A DNA stretch of 39,158 nt from positions 1-39,158 of the forward strand of contig JABANN010000325.1 in NCBI GenBank assembly GCA_013115125.1, in the 5' to 3' direction. This DNA is from Perkinsus olseni. Lineage: Eukaryota. The notes below the pieces were generated by a model that was not told the origin of the DNA, ran no database searches, and saw only the letters and a program-made list of their open reading frames with translations. Position 1 is the first letter of the stretch; each line of letters opens with the position of its first letter. A program made the position numbers and the translations under genes. Below, piece by piece: positions 9,463 to 21,300 of this stretch.

Positions 9463-10722
9463 ATGGCCCTTCCTCCCAAAACCCCTCATGCTGATGTCCC
9501 ACTCAAGCCCTCGGGCCTAGGGTGGTTCAGAGGTGCTTGTACTCTCACGATGACCGCGATTGGGGTCGGAATTTTGTCGCTGCCGGAGACGGCGACTCGC
9601 TCGGGCTGGCTTGGCAGCATCATCGGCCTCACGTTCGCCGCATGCATCGTCTTCCACAATAACCATCTCCTATGGCGAACTCTTTGTCTTGCCGCAGAAG
9701 ACCAGGGGGAAGTGGTCAGTTGCTATGAGCAAGCTGGCAGGGCCGCTTTTGGCATCGGTGGCTCGATCTACTTTGGGATTGTGCTCCATCTCACCCTCGG
9801 TGCAGTGTGCTCGGTGATGCTCCTCCTATTGGCATCTACATGTGAAGCGATGGCTCGCGCTCTCGACAAGCGTGTCTGGATCGCGCTCTGGACGATCGTA
9901 GGCATACTGTTATCATGGATAAAAGAAGTGAAAAATGTCGGTGCCTTCGCGGCTGTTGGTGTCCTGTCTGCCTCAGCTATGGTAATTGTCATAATCGCCG
10001 CCTCGGCCAACAAGCTGGTCACAGATGGTGTCGGTGAAGACCTCATTGTCGGACCTCGCAATGCTGTCGATTTCCTATCGATTTTTGCCACCTACTTCTT
10101 CGCCTATGGTATAAGCGCAACGACTCCCACGGTATGCTACAACATGACCAAACCTATGGATTTTCCCAAGTCGTTGGCTGTCGCGATGATCTTTTGCACT
10201 GGCGTGTACCTAACCGCTATGGAGCTCGGCTACGCAGCTTATGGCCAGTCTCTATCCAAAGCGGACACGATCGCAGACGCAATATCTCCACCAGGTCAGC
10301 CCCTCAACGGCTTTGGATGGCTCATCAACCTCGTGATACTTATGGTTGTGTTATCACATTTCCTCGTCTTGTTTACGCCGACAGCGAAGCAGCTAGACGT
10401 TCTGTGCGCTAGCGTTGGTGAAAAGAGGCAGTGGTCAATCATGAAAAACAAGGTGGCCTGTCTGGTCGGTCGGACGTGTCTTGTTATTCTTGAAGGCTGC
10501 ATCGCCATAGTCGTCCCTAAGGTCGATAGTCTTGTGGGTCTTATTGGTGCTTTTTGTGTGACTCAATTGTCCGTATTCTTTCCCATCGCATGCTACATCA
10601 AGATGAAGAGGCATCGCCATTTGCCTCTCAGAAAATGGGAATTATTTCTTTTTGCGGTGCTCGTGGCAATCGGATTTGTTGTGATGGTGTTGGGAGTGTA
10701 CGGCGCCGCTGTCCAATTCTGA
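9463..10722 (+). CDS. Amino acid transporter (Aa_trans/AAAP, SLC32/36/38-like), intronless, copy 1
   Basis: 419 aa with about 11 hydrophobic segments. Contains TAIGVGILSLP..GWLGS, YEQAGRAAFG, M.KP.DFPK, GYAAYG and LIGAF...FFP motifs typical of the family. Confidence 0.92.
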   Translation: MALPPKTPHADVPLKPSGLGWFRGACTLTMTAIGVGILSLPETATRSGWLGSIIGLTFAACIVFHNNHLLWRTLCLAAEDQGEVVSCYEQAGRAAFGIGGSIYFGIVLHLTLGAVCSVMLLLLASTCEAMARALDKRVWIALWTIVGILLSWIKEVKNVGAFAAVGVLSASAMVIVIIAASANKLVTDGVGEDLIVGPRNAVDFLSIFATYFFAYGISATTPTVCYNMTKPMDFPKSLAVAMIFCTGVYLTAMELGYAAYGQSLSKADTIADAISPPGQPLNGFGWLINLVILMVVLSHFLVLFTPTAKQLDVLCASVGEKRQWSIMKNKVACLVGRTCLVILEGCIAIVVPKVDSLVGLIGAFCVTQLSVFFPIACYIKMKRHRHLPLRKWELFLFAVLVAIGFVVMVLGVYGAAVQF

Positions 10723-11084
10723 GAGTCTGTCTTGAAGCACAGTCTGTGTGGAGGGCTGAAGAGCTCGGGCATCGTCACTCTCTTAGAGAGGTTCAAGGGT
10801 ATTGCGAGAATCTTCACGCCGTTGAGGTTAGCCGCACGAAAATAGTTCAACTTGATGGGTACGTTCTCTCCTGGTACATTTCATTAGCTTCAGCATGACT
10901 CTTTTCTTGAACGAACGGCGAAGCTCTGTAGGACGCTCAGATATCAAGCCCGACTATTATCGTATAGCTTTGTTTTTGGAGTGTTTTCAACCAGACGATT
11001 GATGGCATCATTATGATTTTCGTTCTCCTATTATTGGTTTATCAAAAGCGTCGATCATGAGTCCTTCTCTCAGTCTGTCTCCGT

Positions 11085-11715
11085 CTAGATCTTTTCGTCA
11101 GTTGCTGTGTTTCGTTGGAGCCCGTTGGCATCCATGCTCAGCTTCGTAATAAAGTCCCCATTCCTGACACCACCAGCATCGGCAGCTTCTGTTTCTCCGG
11201 GGACTTGGTTCAAAACTTTCCTTGAACACGCCTCGAAAGAAATTATTCGGCATTAAACGGTCGCCTGCACGCATCTCGAGGTTAGATTTCACCGAGAGAC
11301 TGGTTCACGATAAGCTTACTTCAAACGTTGATCGACTTTAAGCGACACTCTGAAGCCTAACTCACCGCCCCGATACATTTGTGTCGCCATTATCTCGCTT
11401 TCCGTCCCTTAACTTGACGAACTCAGGGTCAAACTAGTCAGAGAACATCTATATTCACTATCTGATTTTCCATTTGGCCAAAAAGTGAGGCCAGCCCTGG
11501 GAATAACTATGAATACCGACACCCGCGTGTCCAGGATCGAATACCAGGAGCCCTCACCCTCAAGAAGCTAGCGGACGGAGAGAGCTTCTCAAGAGTCCCT
11601 TGGAATACATACTGTAAGCACAATACTCCAAAGATTCGGACGCAATCGGAGTTGTTAACCTTGGGCTAGTCTGCATTGGTGCGTACGGAAAAGCCCAATG
11701 CACCTTTTCTCCCAT
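11085..11715 (-). CDS. Possible small spliced hypothetical gene or gene relic
   Basis: Exon-like pieces bounded by AG/GTGAG: YVFQGTLEKLSPSASFLR | FDPEFVKLRDGKRDNGDTNVSGR | KVLNQVPGETEAADAGGVRNGDFITKLSMDANGLQRNTATDEKI*. The join is tentative and no family is recognised. Confidence 0.2.
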
Positions 11716-12449
11716 GCTAACCCATTCCCAGCCCGATTAAGGCTCATCGACATCCTCCCTTCATTGCGACTGTGTGATCCCTTCACTGTTATAACATTGC
11801 ACTGTGAAACTCTGATCGATCTGGGCGAGCGAGACTGACTTCGCGTCGCGTCATCGCGGAGATTTTTTCGCGCGCCACAAAATATTTCTACTTCTCTCCC
11901 TGGGAAAAAGGGATTCGCTCAACCTTGTCGCCGAACTAGTTGCACAACACAAACGGTGGGTGAGCTGGAAGCTAGTAGTCGTAGCGATGAGAGAACGAAA
12001 ATCGTGTCAAGGTGGAAAAAACTTCAAACTATCTGCAAACCCCAAAAAGTCTTCCAACTCCGGAGTAAACCCAAGCTTAGTGCACGCAAGTACATAGCTT
12101 GGGTGTATACGGGACTTCCTTCTTCCACAGCTCCTTGCTCCTTCGGTCGCCTCGGTATTGTTGCAATGCTTCGCTCCGCTCGAGCTACGTACTTGCGTCC
12201 GCAAAGCTGTGGTATACTCCGGAATTTTTACGTTCCGCAGATTACGCGGGCCGTTCGGAGTCTGTGCCTGCTTGAGATGATGCTCGTTGACCCGTTACCT
12301 CCTCGCCCACAGTTTGTCTAAAGAGCCGCTTTGCTACAAGTACGAAGCGTGTTCTCTCATACGAACGGGCGAATGATATTCCTTCCGGGAGGGTAGTCAG
12401 CCGTGAAAGGTGTTCCGTTTGGCAGTGCTCCTGAGCTCATTCCTCAGCC

Positions 12450-13353
12450 ATGAAACGGTCCTATTCGTCACCGGATCCGGAGTGGAAGACTGGATGGCGC
12501 GCAGATGCCCTCACTCTCACTGCGGGTCCTCGATTTACAGTTGGGCGCGGAGCGAAGCACAGCTCCAATAAGGTAAACCTAGGAGTCTCTAGCTTAAGGA
12601 ACCTACTTCCACTGACGTGTTATAATACGTCATTGATGTACCCTGAGCAGCCGCCTTGAGAAAATGTATTTGCGTTTCCCAGGTGAAGTCTAACTACCAC
12701 CTGCAGAACACGAAGTACACAACCGGTGGAGGCTACCGGGACACTTGGGTAGTGTCTGTTGCCGACGCCTCGAGAAGCAGGGGCCTGTTGAGATGGTGCA
12801 TGATGCCGGTCAGGTGCAAGTCCTCACTCGACAGAACAAGCAGCCCGGCCCAGGCCGATATAGGACCCCGCAAGAATTCAACCTGGGGATGGACGCGCGC
12901 AGAAGAGTAAGGCCTTCAGACACTTCCGTCAACAGTCAGTGCCGATGCGGTGGTGATGCTCAGATCGGTGACAGCAAGGACATGACCCAAACATCTCGGA
13001 ACATTCTCAGTTTAGCTCCTGACTTTCGCTTTGGCACACAAAAGCAAGAGACGGTATAACTATGAGATGCGATGCTCCTGCCCCAATGGTAACCTCTTCC
13101 AAGGTACTGCGAAAGTTGAAGCTAGGGGCATTGAAGGCGAGTTACTTGAATATCCCGTAAAGGCGGACGTAGTCGAGCGCACCGAATACCCCTTCTTTCA
13201 GTACTGGCAAGTCCACCGATATGAAAGTCACACCTGGTCCTGGGCAATACACTCAGTAACCTTCGGTTCCTAATCTTTGTGAAGTCACAGCGCTCTGTCA
13301 GGTATACGTCTTTCGGTGCCGCTTCGGGAGGCAGTCGTCGGCACTACTTCTAG
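12450..13353 (+). CDS. SHIPPO/PGP-repeat (ODF3/STPG-like) putative flagellar protein, multi-exon
   Basis: Spliced reading: MKRSYSSPDPEWK...GPRFTVG...QPGPGRYRTP...APDFRFGT...VTPGPGQYTQYTSFGAASGGSRRHYF*. Two PGPGxY motifs plus P.F.FG linkers; short GT-AG introns. Confidence 0.7.
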
Positions 13354-13485
13354 TGCTCAGTTGTGTCTCTTATGCAGTTGTTCATGCAACATTCGGTGTG
13401 CTTGCTCTCGCGGTATGACGGCTTCTTGAGTTGATGATGGGTTCCCTCGTTCCAGAGTGAACATCGTCGTTTCAGTTGTGAACTG

Positions 13486-14688
13486 ATGGGTCATGCCGAC
13501 TTGCCGCGTCTCTTCCAAGACTGGCAGCGACGGCACCCGGAGGACTATGGGGCTCTCTCCCTTCAGAAATCAACGGCTTGCTCCGGACTAGGCGTCTTCG
13601 CAACCACCGACGTTGCTGAAGGAGATCTCCTCTACGAAGACCACCACCCTTTGGTATCCATGCAGTTTGCCTACTCTCGTTATAGCGGCGCCATATGTTG
13701 CCAGCATTGCCTTTGCAGTATCGGAAAACTTAGCGAGGCGTTCAACCATGTGCTGGACCTGAAGAACATGTCGCTTGAAGAGAACTTCTCTACTCTAGCC
13801 GCGGACATCATCTGGCTCGACTCCTTGATGCAGTGCCCGGCATGTATACCATGTAGTTGTGGTGAAGTACAGTACTGCTCTCAAGACTGCCGACGCTTGG
13901 CGGAACCAGGACACGCCCGGCTTTGCGCGAACGCCGAGATACGGCATGGCCTGCAGGACTTGGCATTGAAGTACAACGAGTTTTTCATGCTTGCCGTTCA
14001 GGCAGCCTCCATAATGGTATCTCGCGTCCAAGAGTCGCACTGGACCGTCGAACGAGCGCTGTCGGAGTTTCTCAGCTTCTCGTCGGGCCCCGTTCTCGAT
14101 AAGACTGATGGTGGCGTGCAAGAATCTTACGATCTTATAATAGATCTCTTCCCGGATGATGAGCTAGCGGAGTTCCGTGAGCGTTTCACACTAGATGAGT
14201 ACATCCGCTTACTCGGAGTATTCGAGGTCAACAACATGCTCATCAACTACGACCATCCTTCCGTGGACTTACTTCAGGCAACGCTGCGGTGTCCTCGAGG
14301 TATGGCTCTCTCGCAGAACGTCGAATGGGTTCGGCTGGTTGAGCTTATACGGCGGTTGGTGCCGTACGATGACGAGTGCGCGGCAAGTCTCTCACCTTTC
14401 CCGGAAGTGCTTGGCTCCGGGCTTTATCGCGGAGTGGCGCTGACCAACCACTCGTGCTCGCCTAATGCAGAGGCTTCGTTTGGCACCTCGCGCAGCCTGC
14501 AAGTGATGTCACTGAAGGCCCTACGCGCAGGAGATGAGGTTCTTCAGAGTTACATCGATGAAAACCTGCCTCTGGTCGAACGTCAAACCAAGCTTCGTGA
14601 GGCCTACGGCTTTACTTGTCGGTGTTGGAAATGTCGGGAAAATGCATTGGCCGAGCTTCATCAGCGGCACGGAAGTTTCAGCCAATGA
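13486..14688 (+). CDS. SMYD-family SET/MYND lysine methyltransferase, intronless
   Basis: 400 aa with a split SET domain: GLGVFATTDVAEGDLL, MYND-like CQHC...CSC...YCSQDC...H...C, NHSCSPN, SYID and post-SET YGFTCRCWKC. Confidence 0.9.
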   Translation: MGHADLPRLFQDWQRRHPEDYGALSLQKSTACSGLGVFATTDVAEGDLLYEDHHPLVSMQFAYSRYSGAICCQHCLCSIGKLSEAFNHVLDLKNMSLEENFSTLAADIIWLDSLMQCPACIPCSCGEVQYCSQDCRRLAEPGHARLCANAEIRHGLQDLALKYNEFFMLAVQAASIMVSRVQESHWTVERALSEFLSFSSGPVLDKTDGGVQESYDLIIDLFPDDELAEFRERFTLDEYIRLLGVFEVNNMLINYDHPSVDLLQATLRCPRGMALSQNVEWVRLVELIRRLVPYDDECAASLSPFPEVLGSGLYRGVALTNHSCSPNAEASFGTSRSLQVMSLKALRAGDEVLQSYIDENLPLVERQTKLREAYGFTCRCWKCRENALAELHQRHGSFSQ

Positions 14689-14901
14689 CGAGCGGGGAAT
14701 ATAATTGCATTAGAATAGCTACGGTGCTCTGTTGGCTCCGAGGCGGGTGAGGGTGAATCATTCGGATGTTCTTCACTTGAGAAATGCCGAAATTTTGCGT
14801 TGGGATACTGGAGAGAGTCGCCCCCGCCACTTTGGACTCTCCACCCCTGTACTGAGTGCATTGCGGGTATGCGTGGCTTCAGGCACTTACTGTCTTGCCC
14901 T

Positions 14902-16161
14902 ATGAGTGTTCACTCGTCAACTCCTCGTGATGATGTCCCGCTGAAGCCCTCAGGCCTGGGATGGTTCAGAGGTGCTTGCACCCTCACGATGACCGCGGTT
15001 GGGCTCGGAATCCTGTCGCTTCCTGGCACAGCCACGCGCTCGGGTTGGCTGGGCAGCATCATCGGCCTCACTATTGCCTCGAGCATCATCCTCTACAACA
15101 ACCACCTCCTCTGTCGCACCCTTCGCCTGGCCGCCAAGAATGAACAGGAAGTTGCCAAATGCTACGAGGAAGCTGGCCAAGCCGCCTTCGGCGACTGGGC
15201 TTCGATCTATTTCGGGGCCACACTGCATGTAACTCTAATAGCAGTATGCTCCGTGATGCTCCTCCTGCTGGCAACTACGTGCGAGGCAATGGCTCTCGTT
15301 CTCGATAGGCGTGCCTGGGCAGCAATCTGGACGGTCGTAGGCATAGTGCTGTCGTGGATAAAGGAGGTCAAGAACGTCGGTGTCGTCGCGGCTTTCGGTG
15401 TCCTCTCTGTTTCAGCTATGGTTATTGTAATATTCGTTGCTTCAGCAAACAAGCTGATCGCAGATGGTGTCGCTGAGGACCTCAGAGTCATGCCTCGCGG
15501 TGCCATCGATTTCTTCTCGGTCTTCGCCACCTACTTCTTCGGCTATGGTATGAGTTCAACGACTCCCACGGTGTGCTACAATATGACCAGACCCACGGAT
15601 TTTCCGAAAGCGTTGATTGCCGCGATGGTCTTCTGCACTGGTTTATACATGGCTGTCATGGAGCTCGGATATGTAGCCTACGGTGAAACTCTCGCTAAGG
15701 CCGACACAATCGCGGGCGCAATATCCCCTCCGGGTGAGCCTCTCAATGCCTTCGGCTGGATTATTAATGTTGTAATACTTGTAGTTGTTTCATCTCATTT
15801 TCTCGTCTTGTTTACACCGACGGCGAAGAAGGTCGACGAAATTTGCTTCAGTGTCGGCGAAAGGAGACAGTGGTCTTCCTCCAAATTGAGGTTCGTGTCT
15901 TTGGCTGGTCGGACATGTCTCGCCATTCTTGAAGGCTGCATCGCCATAGTCGTCCCCAAGGTCAATATTCTCGTCAGCCTCATTGGCGCTTTCTGCGTGC
16001 CCCACCTGTCCATATTTTTCCCAATCGCGTGTTACATTAAGATGAAAAGGCACCATCAGTTGCCCGTCCCGAAATGGGAGCTGCTTCTCTTTGCAGTGCT
16101 CGTTGTGATCGGGTTCGTTGTGATGGTTCTGGGAATATATGGCGCCGTGAAGCAGTTCTAA
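14902..16161 (+). CDS. Amino acid transporter (Aa_trans/AAAP), intronless, copy 2
   Basis: Colinear paralog of 9463-10722, with identical blocks DVPLKPSGLGWFRGACTLTMTA, LSWIKEVKNVG, TTPTVCYNMT and LEGCIAIVVPKV. ATG 14902 was chosen by alignment to copy 1, rather than the TTG start at 14800. Confidence 0.92.
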   Translation: MSVHSSTPRDDVPLKPSGLGWFRGACTLTMTAVGLGILSLPGTATRSGWLGSIIGLTIASSIILYNNHLLCRTLRLAAKNEQEVAKCYEEAGQAAFGDWASIYFGATLHVTLIAVCSVMLLLLATTCEAMALVLDRRAWAAIWTVVGIVLSWIKEVKNVGVVAAFGVLSVSAMVIVIFVASANKLIADGVAEDLRVMPRGAIDFFSVFATYFFGYGMSSTTPTVCYNMTRPTDFPKALIAAMVFCTGLYMAVMELGYVAYGETLAKADTIAGAISPPGEPLNAFGWIINVVILVVVSSHFLVLFTPTAKKVDEICFSVGERRQWSSSKLRFVSLAGRTCLAILEGCIAIVVPKVNILVSLIGAFCVPHLSIFFPIACYIKMKRHHQLPVPKWELLLFAVLVVIGFVVMVLGIYGAVKQF

Positions 16162-16685
16162 GATAATTCTGGGAAGCAGTGTCGGAGGAAGTGGCCACAG
16201 TCATCTTGTTAAAATACTGGCGACTTACAGCTCGATGGGCTTCGAACCCTCGTTTCGCATACCTTCCTCGAAGGTTCATTCTTGTGGATGGTAATCTTGA
16301 CTGTGAAGGTCGGCACAGTCTCCGATGGAAGGTCGGCATTTTCCGTGCTTTTTTGCACGTCTTGTTTAAGCCGTCAGATCTCTCGACTTGCTTCCTGAGT
16401 TTGTTTCGTTATTAGTATCGTGTAGAGGATCCACAGCACTTCCATCGAAGAGATGCTTTACGGGTCACAAATCTTCGCTAAGGTGAAGTAGTAGCGGTTC
16501 GTTACACAGGCACAGTCCGGGCTTTCGCCCACTGTTTGCTGTTTCCCCCCTGCCCGCTGTTTCGAAAGTCACATCGGATCAATGACCCCCAGTCGCACGA
16601 AGATCTCAGAGAATAAGTGCTTGAAGGGTTTATGTCCTTTTGTAGTCCAATGACGGCAAGCGAGAGCAACACAAGAAGGGATATC

Positions 16686-17919
16686 TCAGTCAGAGTCGAA
16701 TGCTACGATCGCAATCATGGTTCCAAGCATGAGAGCTGCTGATAGTACGATAGCCACTGGCCCCCGCTTACCGTACCTGCGAGAACTCATGCATGGCATG
16801 TTCGACTGGACTCAGGCGACTGAACACAATGAAGGGAGGTAGAGGCGACGAGCACAACATACTCATCGTAGTGCACCACGGAGAAGATGAATCCGGAGAT
16901 GATTCCCAAAAGGAGCTCCGCCGCTGCCAGGGCCAGAGCGATAGATCCGATAACAACGTCAACATCGAACCTGAAAGGTTGGAACACTGCCTGATTCCTG
17001 TCCGAGCGAAATCATGGCGGTGGCTGTCGGACTCGTGTGTGTGGGCCACTGCACGAAGAGTCGTTGGTACTGATCCTCACACGTGGTGCTGATGTCTGAT
17101 GAAGTAACCGGCCATCAACGAGGTCAGAACACCACAGAGGTTCGCCGCGCTCGTTGTCGGAGGCGATTCCAGTAGGTTGGCCACGGAACCTACCATTCGG
17201 CGCCTTCGAGCAGATGGTCTCTCACAAAGAAACCGAGCCACTGCCGCTTGAACTGAAGAGTAGATCTCATGTCCACAGCAACCATCGAATACCCGAAGGA
17301 GCACTAGAGGCGTTCCGAATGCGTTCGACGCAGCCTACTGCTGACAGCCGGACGATTACAGACAGCGCAAAGGTGGACGGAGAAACAATGGGTGGTCGCA
17401 TGGGCACCGCACCTAGATGCAGTCTTAAGTACTGGATGGAGGGGTACAGGACTAGTGCCAGAGCCAGGTCTAAGAATAATGTGGCCTCGTTATCGTAACT
17501 GCCAAAAAAGGGAGCAGGAGTTTCCGTCTAGAGGGCTTCTAGTTCTATCATCGGTAACGCGACGCGCACGAACCAGTTGTATACACTCGGACGCTGGACT
17601 TACCCTCGGTCGAGCCTTTTGTAAATGAGGACAATTCCCGTGATTGCAGAATAAAGCAAAGTATAGATACTGTCAAGCCACAGGACTATGGCCAAGGACA
17701 GCCAAGACTGTGGGGCATTCCTCGGACCGCCCAGTAGCTGAGGGACGACAACAACGGTTCGGAACACTCGTTAGAGGCTTCAAGGTTTCAACTGTGTTCA
17801 CCGCGAGAAGTAGAGGTTTTTCGAGGTTCTACATCGTTCGGGGGCATGCGTTTGACAGCACCAGTCGAGGCAGATGCTCCAGGATTGTTCTCCGATCGCG
17901 AGTCTGCTGCCGTGGTCAT
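16686..17919 (-). CDS. TMEM216/TMEM17/TMEM80-family (Transmemb_17) ciliary transition-zone membrane protein, multi-exon
   Basis: Spliced reading: SWLSLAIVLWLDSIYTLLYSAITGIVLIYKRLDRG|YDNEATLFLDLALALVLYPSIQYLRLHLG|SVANLLE...MAGYFIRHQHHV|FDVDVVIGSIALALAAAELLLGII, matching the family pattern (IYK; RL..G...NL.E; YY...Q..V; EL). First exon uncertain. Confidence 0.7.
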
Positions 17920-18350
17920 CAACACGCTGGAACAACTACTGAAACTCGATTCCATACTCGAGCCAATCATGGTCTATCGTGTACGAGTTGGCGTGCGCTT
18001 CTGAAGCCTCTTCCTGCTGTCTCTAATAGACTATGTGCTGCACCATCAGAGTTTCCAGCGTGATTCACCAAAGAAGTGGATGCCTCCGCGGTCTTTCCAC
18101 CACGGCGCTCGACCTTGAGCGTCGTGGGTATCAGGTAGACTACATCGAACATCGAGAGGCGGTACAGAGAGAACCGAATAGCCTCTCCCTGTGTTGAAGA
18201 CAAATCCCTGACGACCGCAGTCAGCAACCATCGACCGATTGCGGTTGCCGGCCTGTGTTCACAAGCTGCCCATAAAAATACGAAAACGCCACACTGAAGA
18301 GGATCGTGAGAAACAATGAATTGGGGTTAGAAACACTACTGGTATGAACG

Positions 18351-21300
18351 TTACACATTAGCGAATTCTCGCCGCATTTGCTCGTACCGCTCGATCTCCT
18401 TAGACGTAACGCTGGGCGACATCCCAGCTAATGCTCCTTCGAAATCGGCCAAGCTTACAGTGACCTGCACAAATCGGGAGGTTCAGTGTGAGTCAGGTGC
18501 TGATCAGCGCATCGACGACGAGAGGAAGAATTTGAGCGCAACGACGGAAGGCGCGCGAGACCACTGGGGGATGCGATGAATGGTTTCGTTGAAAGACTAG
18601 CAGATTTGGGGCGCTAGAGCTAGGTCAAACCGGCTGTGGAGCCTTACCGTGAGCAGACTGTGGAGGCCTTCAGGTACTCTGACCAGCTCGCCGGAGTCAA
18701 CCCAAAGGCACTGAGACTTGCACTTCCGACATGCACCTACAGCATGCCATATTTGAGCAGGAAAGCTGTGGTCGCCAGAGGGTGGACTTTGACTCGTAGT
18801 CTGTGAGACATACCTGCTTTCAAGTAGTTGGGGGGACCACTGCAGACCTCCTCGACCACAGTGTTGAGAGAGCAAGCACAGTCCTCTATCTTGGGTAGCG
18901 ACTCGAGGAGGTGATGACTACTTGCGGTGCATTCTCCAATCAACAGTTGGAGCTCTCGGACCTAAAGTCGAAGTAGCAGCCCAGCAAGCGGCTGGCGATA
19001 AAACATCAAAAGCATGGCCGCCGAGACAATGAGGGTGTCCAAGTTCAAGTAATTCTGAAACTCAGAGTCGTCCCTGAATTCCAGAATCGATTCTGAAGCA
19101 TTTCACGAATAAAACCTATTCAGAAGAGCTATCTAAGCTATGCAATTGGTTAATCGACCGATGGGACCGGCTGGAGAGTCATCCTTTGAGCGCTGCACAG
19201 GCCGAATATGCTCAAAGACGCCGTAACCTACAGGTGAAGAGCCTCGACCAGGAGCAAGTCTCTCCGCGATCGCATCCAATGCAGCCGCTTGCCTCTTCAC
19301 CGCTCGGATGTGCGCCGCTCTGCAGGCCCCCGCAATGTCCGCACCTGAGCTCGTCAACCCCTCAATCGATTCGCCCCTCAGGACGAGAGCACACCAACGC
19401 TGCCGCTGCGATAGTCTACAACACCACCCGGATGGCCGCCCTACCCGTGAACGTCGCCGGCACTTGGTCCGCCACTTCTCGGAGGGAATCGTTCAGGTCG
19501 CCCGAGAGAGTCATGTGCCTGAGAAAAGCACCGCAACCCTTCCGTGAGCGAGTGTCACACCATCGAGAATACGTACGCTGTAATTGCCTTGATTAATGGA
19601 AGCTTGTCATCTGGTACCCCGAGGTAGACTTGTCTATCCAGACGGCCGGGCCTCAGTAGAGCACGGTCCAGTAAATCCGGCCTGTTACTAGCTGCAATTA
19701 CCTGCAACATGACTATGGTAGAGACAGCGTCACAGAGGCCCATCATCGAGCTAGGGCTATCGAAAACTCTACCGTAGGTGATGTAAACGATACGGGTTTT
19801 ATTCTCGAGTCTCAGATAGGAGAGAGCAAAGCGATCGAAGACCCTTCCAATGACTCACTATGACGTCCGAAGGTAGGGTATCGATCTCGGCCAGGAGGCT
19901 AGCAACAACACGATCCATCACACCTGAGTCGGAGAGCAGTGGTCGTCAATGGTTACATAAGGGCCAGCCCTACTGTACCTCCACTGTCGCTGCAACGGCC
20001 ACGATGGGGCGCTAGGGAATCCACCTCGTCGAAGAAGACCACGCTGGGGCGGCTCTCAACGGCTCGCTGGAATACATCTCGCACGTTTCTAAGGGTGGCA
20101 AGGGAACCTCATACGACCGATTTTCTCCTAGCGGACGCCGTGACCGATCGGAAAGAGCTCAATCGCTTGAACAAGGAGAGCGTCACACTATCGTATAAAG
20201 AGGTGAGCACCTCGCTTATGAAGGCCGCCCCTGATGGTTAGTCAGAACCGTTGCTCACTTCTCGCTCTCTCCGATGTACATGCTCAGCAGCTCCGGCCCC
20301 TTCACGCTCAAGAACGACGCTCGAGACTCCGTAGCCACGGCCTTAGCGAGCAGAGTTTTACCCGTACCAGGCGGGCCGAAGAGGAGTATCTGAGGCATCG
20401 GGAGCCATTGGCAGCACCGTCTTCGCTGGGATCTCACCCCTGTTCGCAATTTCTGATGGCTCTTGCTGCCTTGCTTCCTCGCTTCCATTGAAGACAGTAG
20501 ATGCCTGAGCTCTCGCTTCGCTTCGTCCATGCCTCCCACGTCGTCCCAGTGTACCTGGCGGAGCAGCTTCGGACAGAATGAGGGAGAGTCTCATGTACCT
20601 TCACCCCACTCATGACGGTCGCAGCAGAGCCCGATTGCCGTTGCTGGAAGTCCTTCAGCGCCTTCTTAGCGGCAGCCTTGTCCATCCCGTCGGGTAACAG
20701 AGCGAGCATCGTTAGGGCGTTGAGGACATCTCCGATTGAGAGCCCTGCCGTGCCTAGGGGACAGCCAATGACGGTAAGAAGATTAAGGATGGGGCTTACC
20801 ATCCCTGATAGCCTGTACCCCTAAGGGGAGACTTAGTCTACTGGTACGCAGCATACGGTCGATCGCCTCTTCTCGACTAGCATCATCCACTCTTGCTAAG
20901 TTGACGTGACACTCGAAGAGGTCGACAACCTGCCGAGGCGCCATTGAGTTCCACAAAAGAAGGATGGCGTCGTGGAAAGGTTGATCGAGGCTCGAGGTTC
21001 CAGCCCGTTCCCCTCACTTCTCGGTCGACCTCATCCAGACTCGTCGATGTTGCTGCGAGGAGGATACCATGGTCGAGTAGCCTATCGCGCAAGGCCCTGA
21101 GCGAGCCTGCCCAGATCAGGAGTGGACACTCAGCAGCACTTATACGGCCCAACTTACCAGAGATGACCCGACTGGCTCTGTTGACCTCCTCCTGTGAGGC
21201 CTCTGCTGCAGTGGGGAACAGGTCTGTTATGTTCCGCAGTAGCAGCACTGCCCGGGGGGCATTCACTGCCTGCCTGGACCACCCCTTCAACAGAGCGTCC

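Noticed and set aside
11863..11882. TTTCGCGC, an E2F-like site
   Set aside because: A single 8-mer is expected roughly once by chance in a window this size, and no target gene is established.
14800..14901. 34-aa N-terminal extension of transporter 2 in the ORF track
   Set aside because: It depends on a TTG start. The paralog aligns from ATG 14902, and the conserved acceptor-like motif lies inside the supposed extension.
19082..19095. 14-bp palindrome CAGAATCGATTCTG in a PEX6 intron
   Set aside because: A 7-bp-arm palindrome is expected a few times by chance in 39 kb, and there is no TIR/TSD context.
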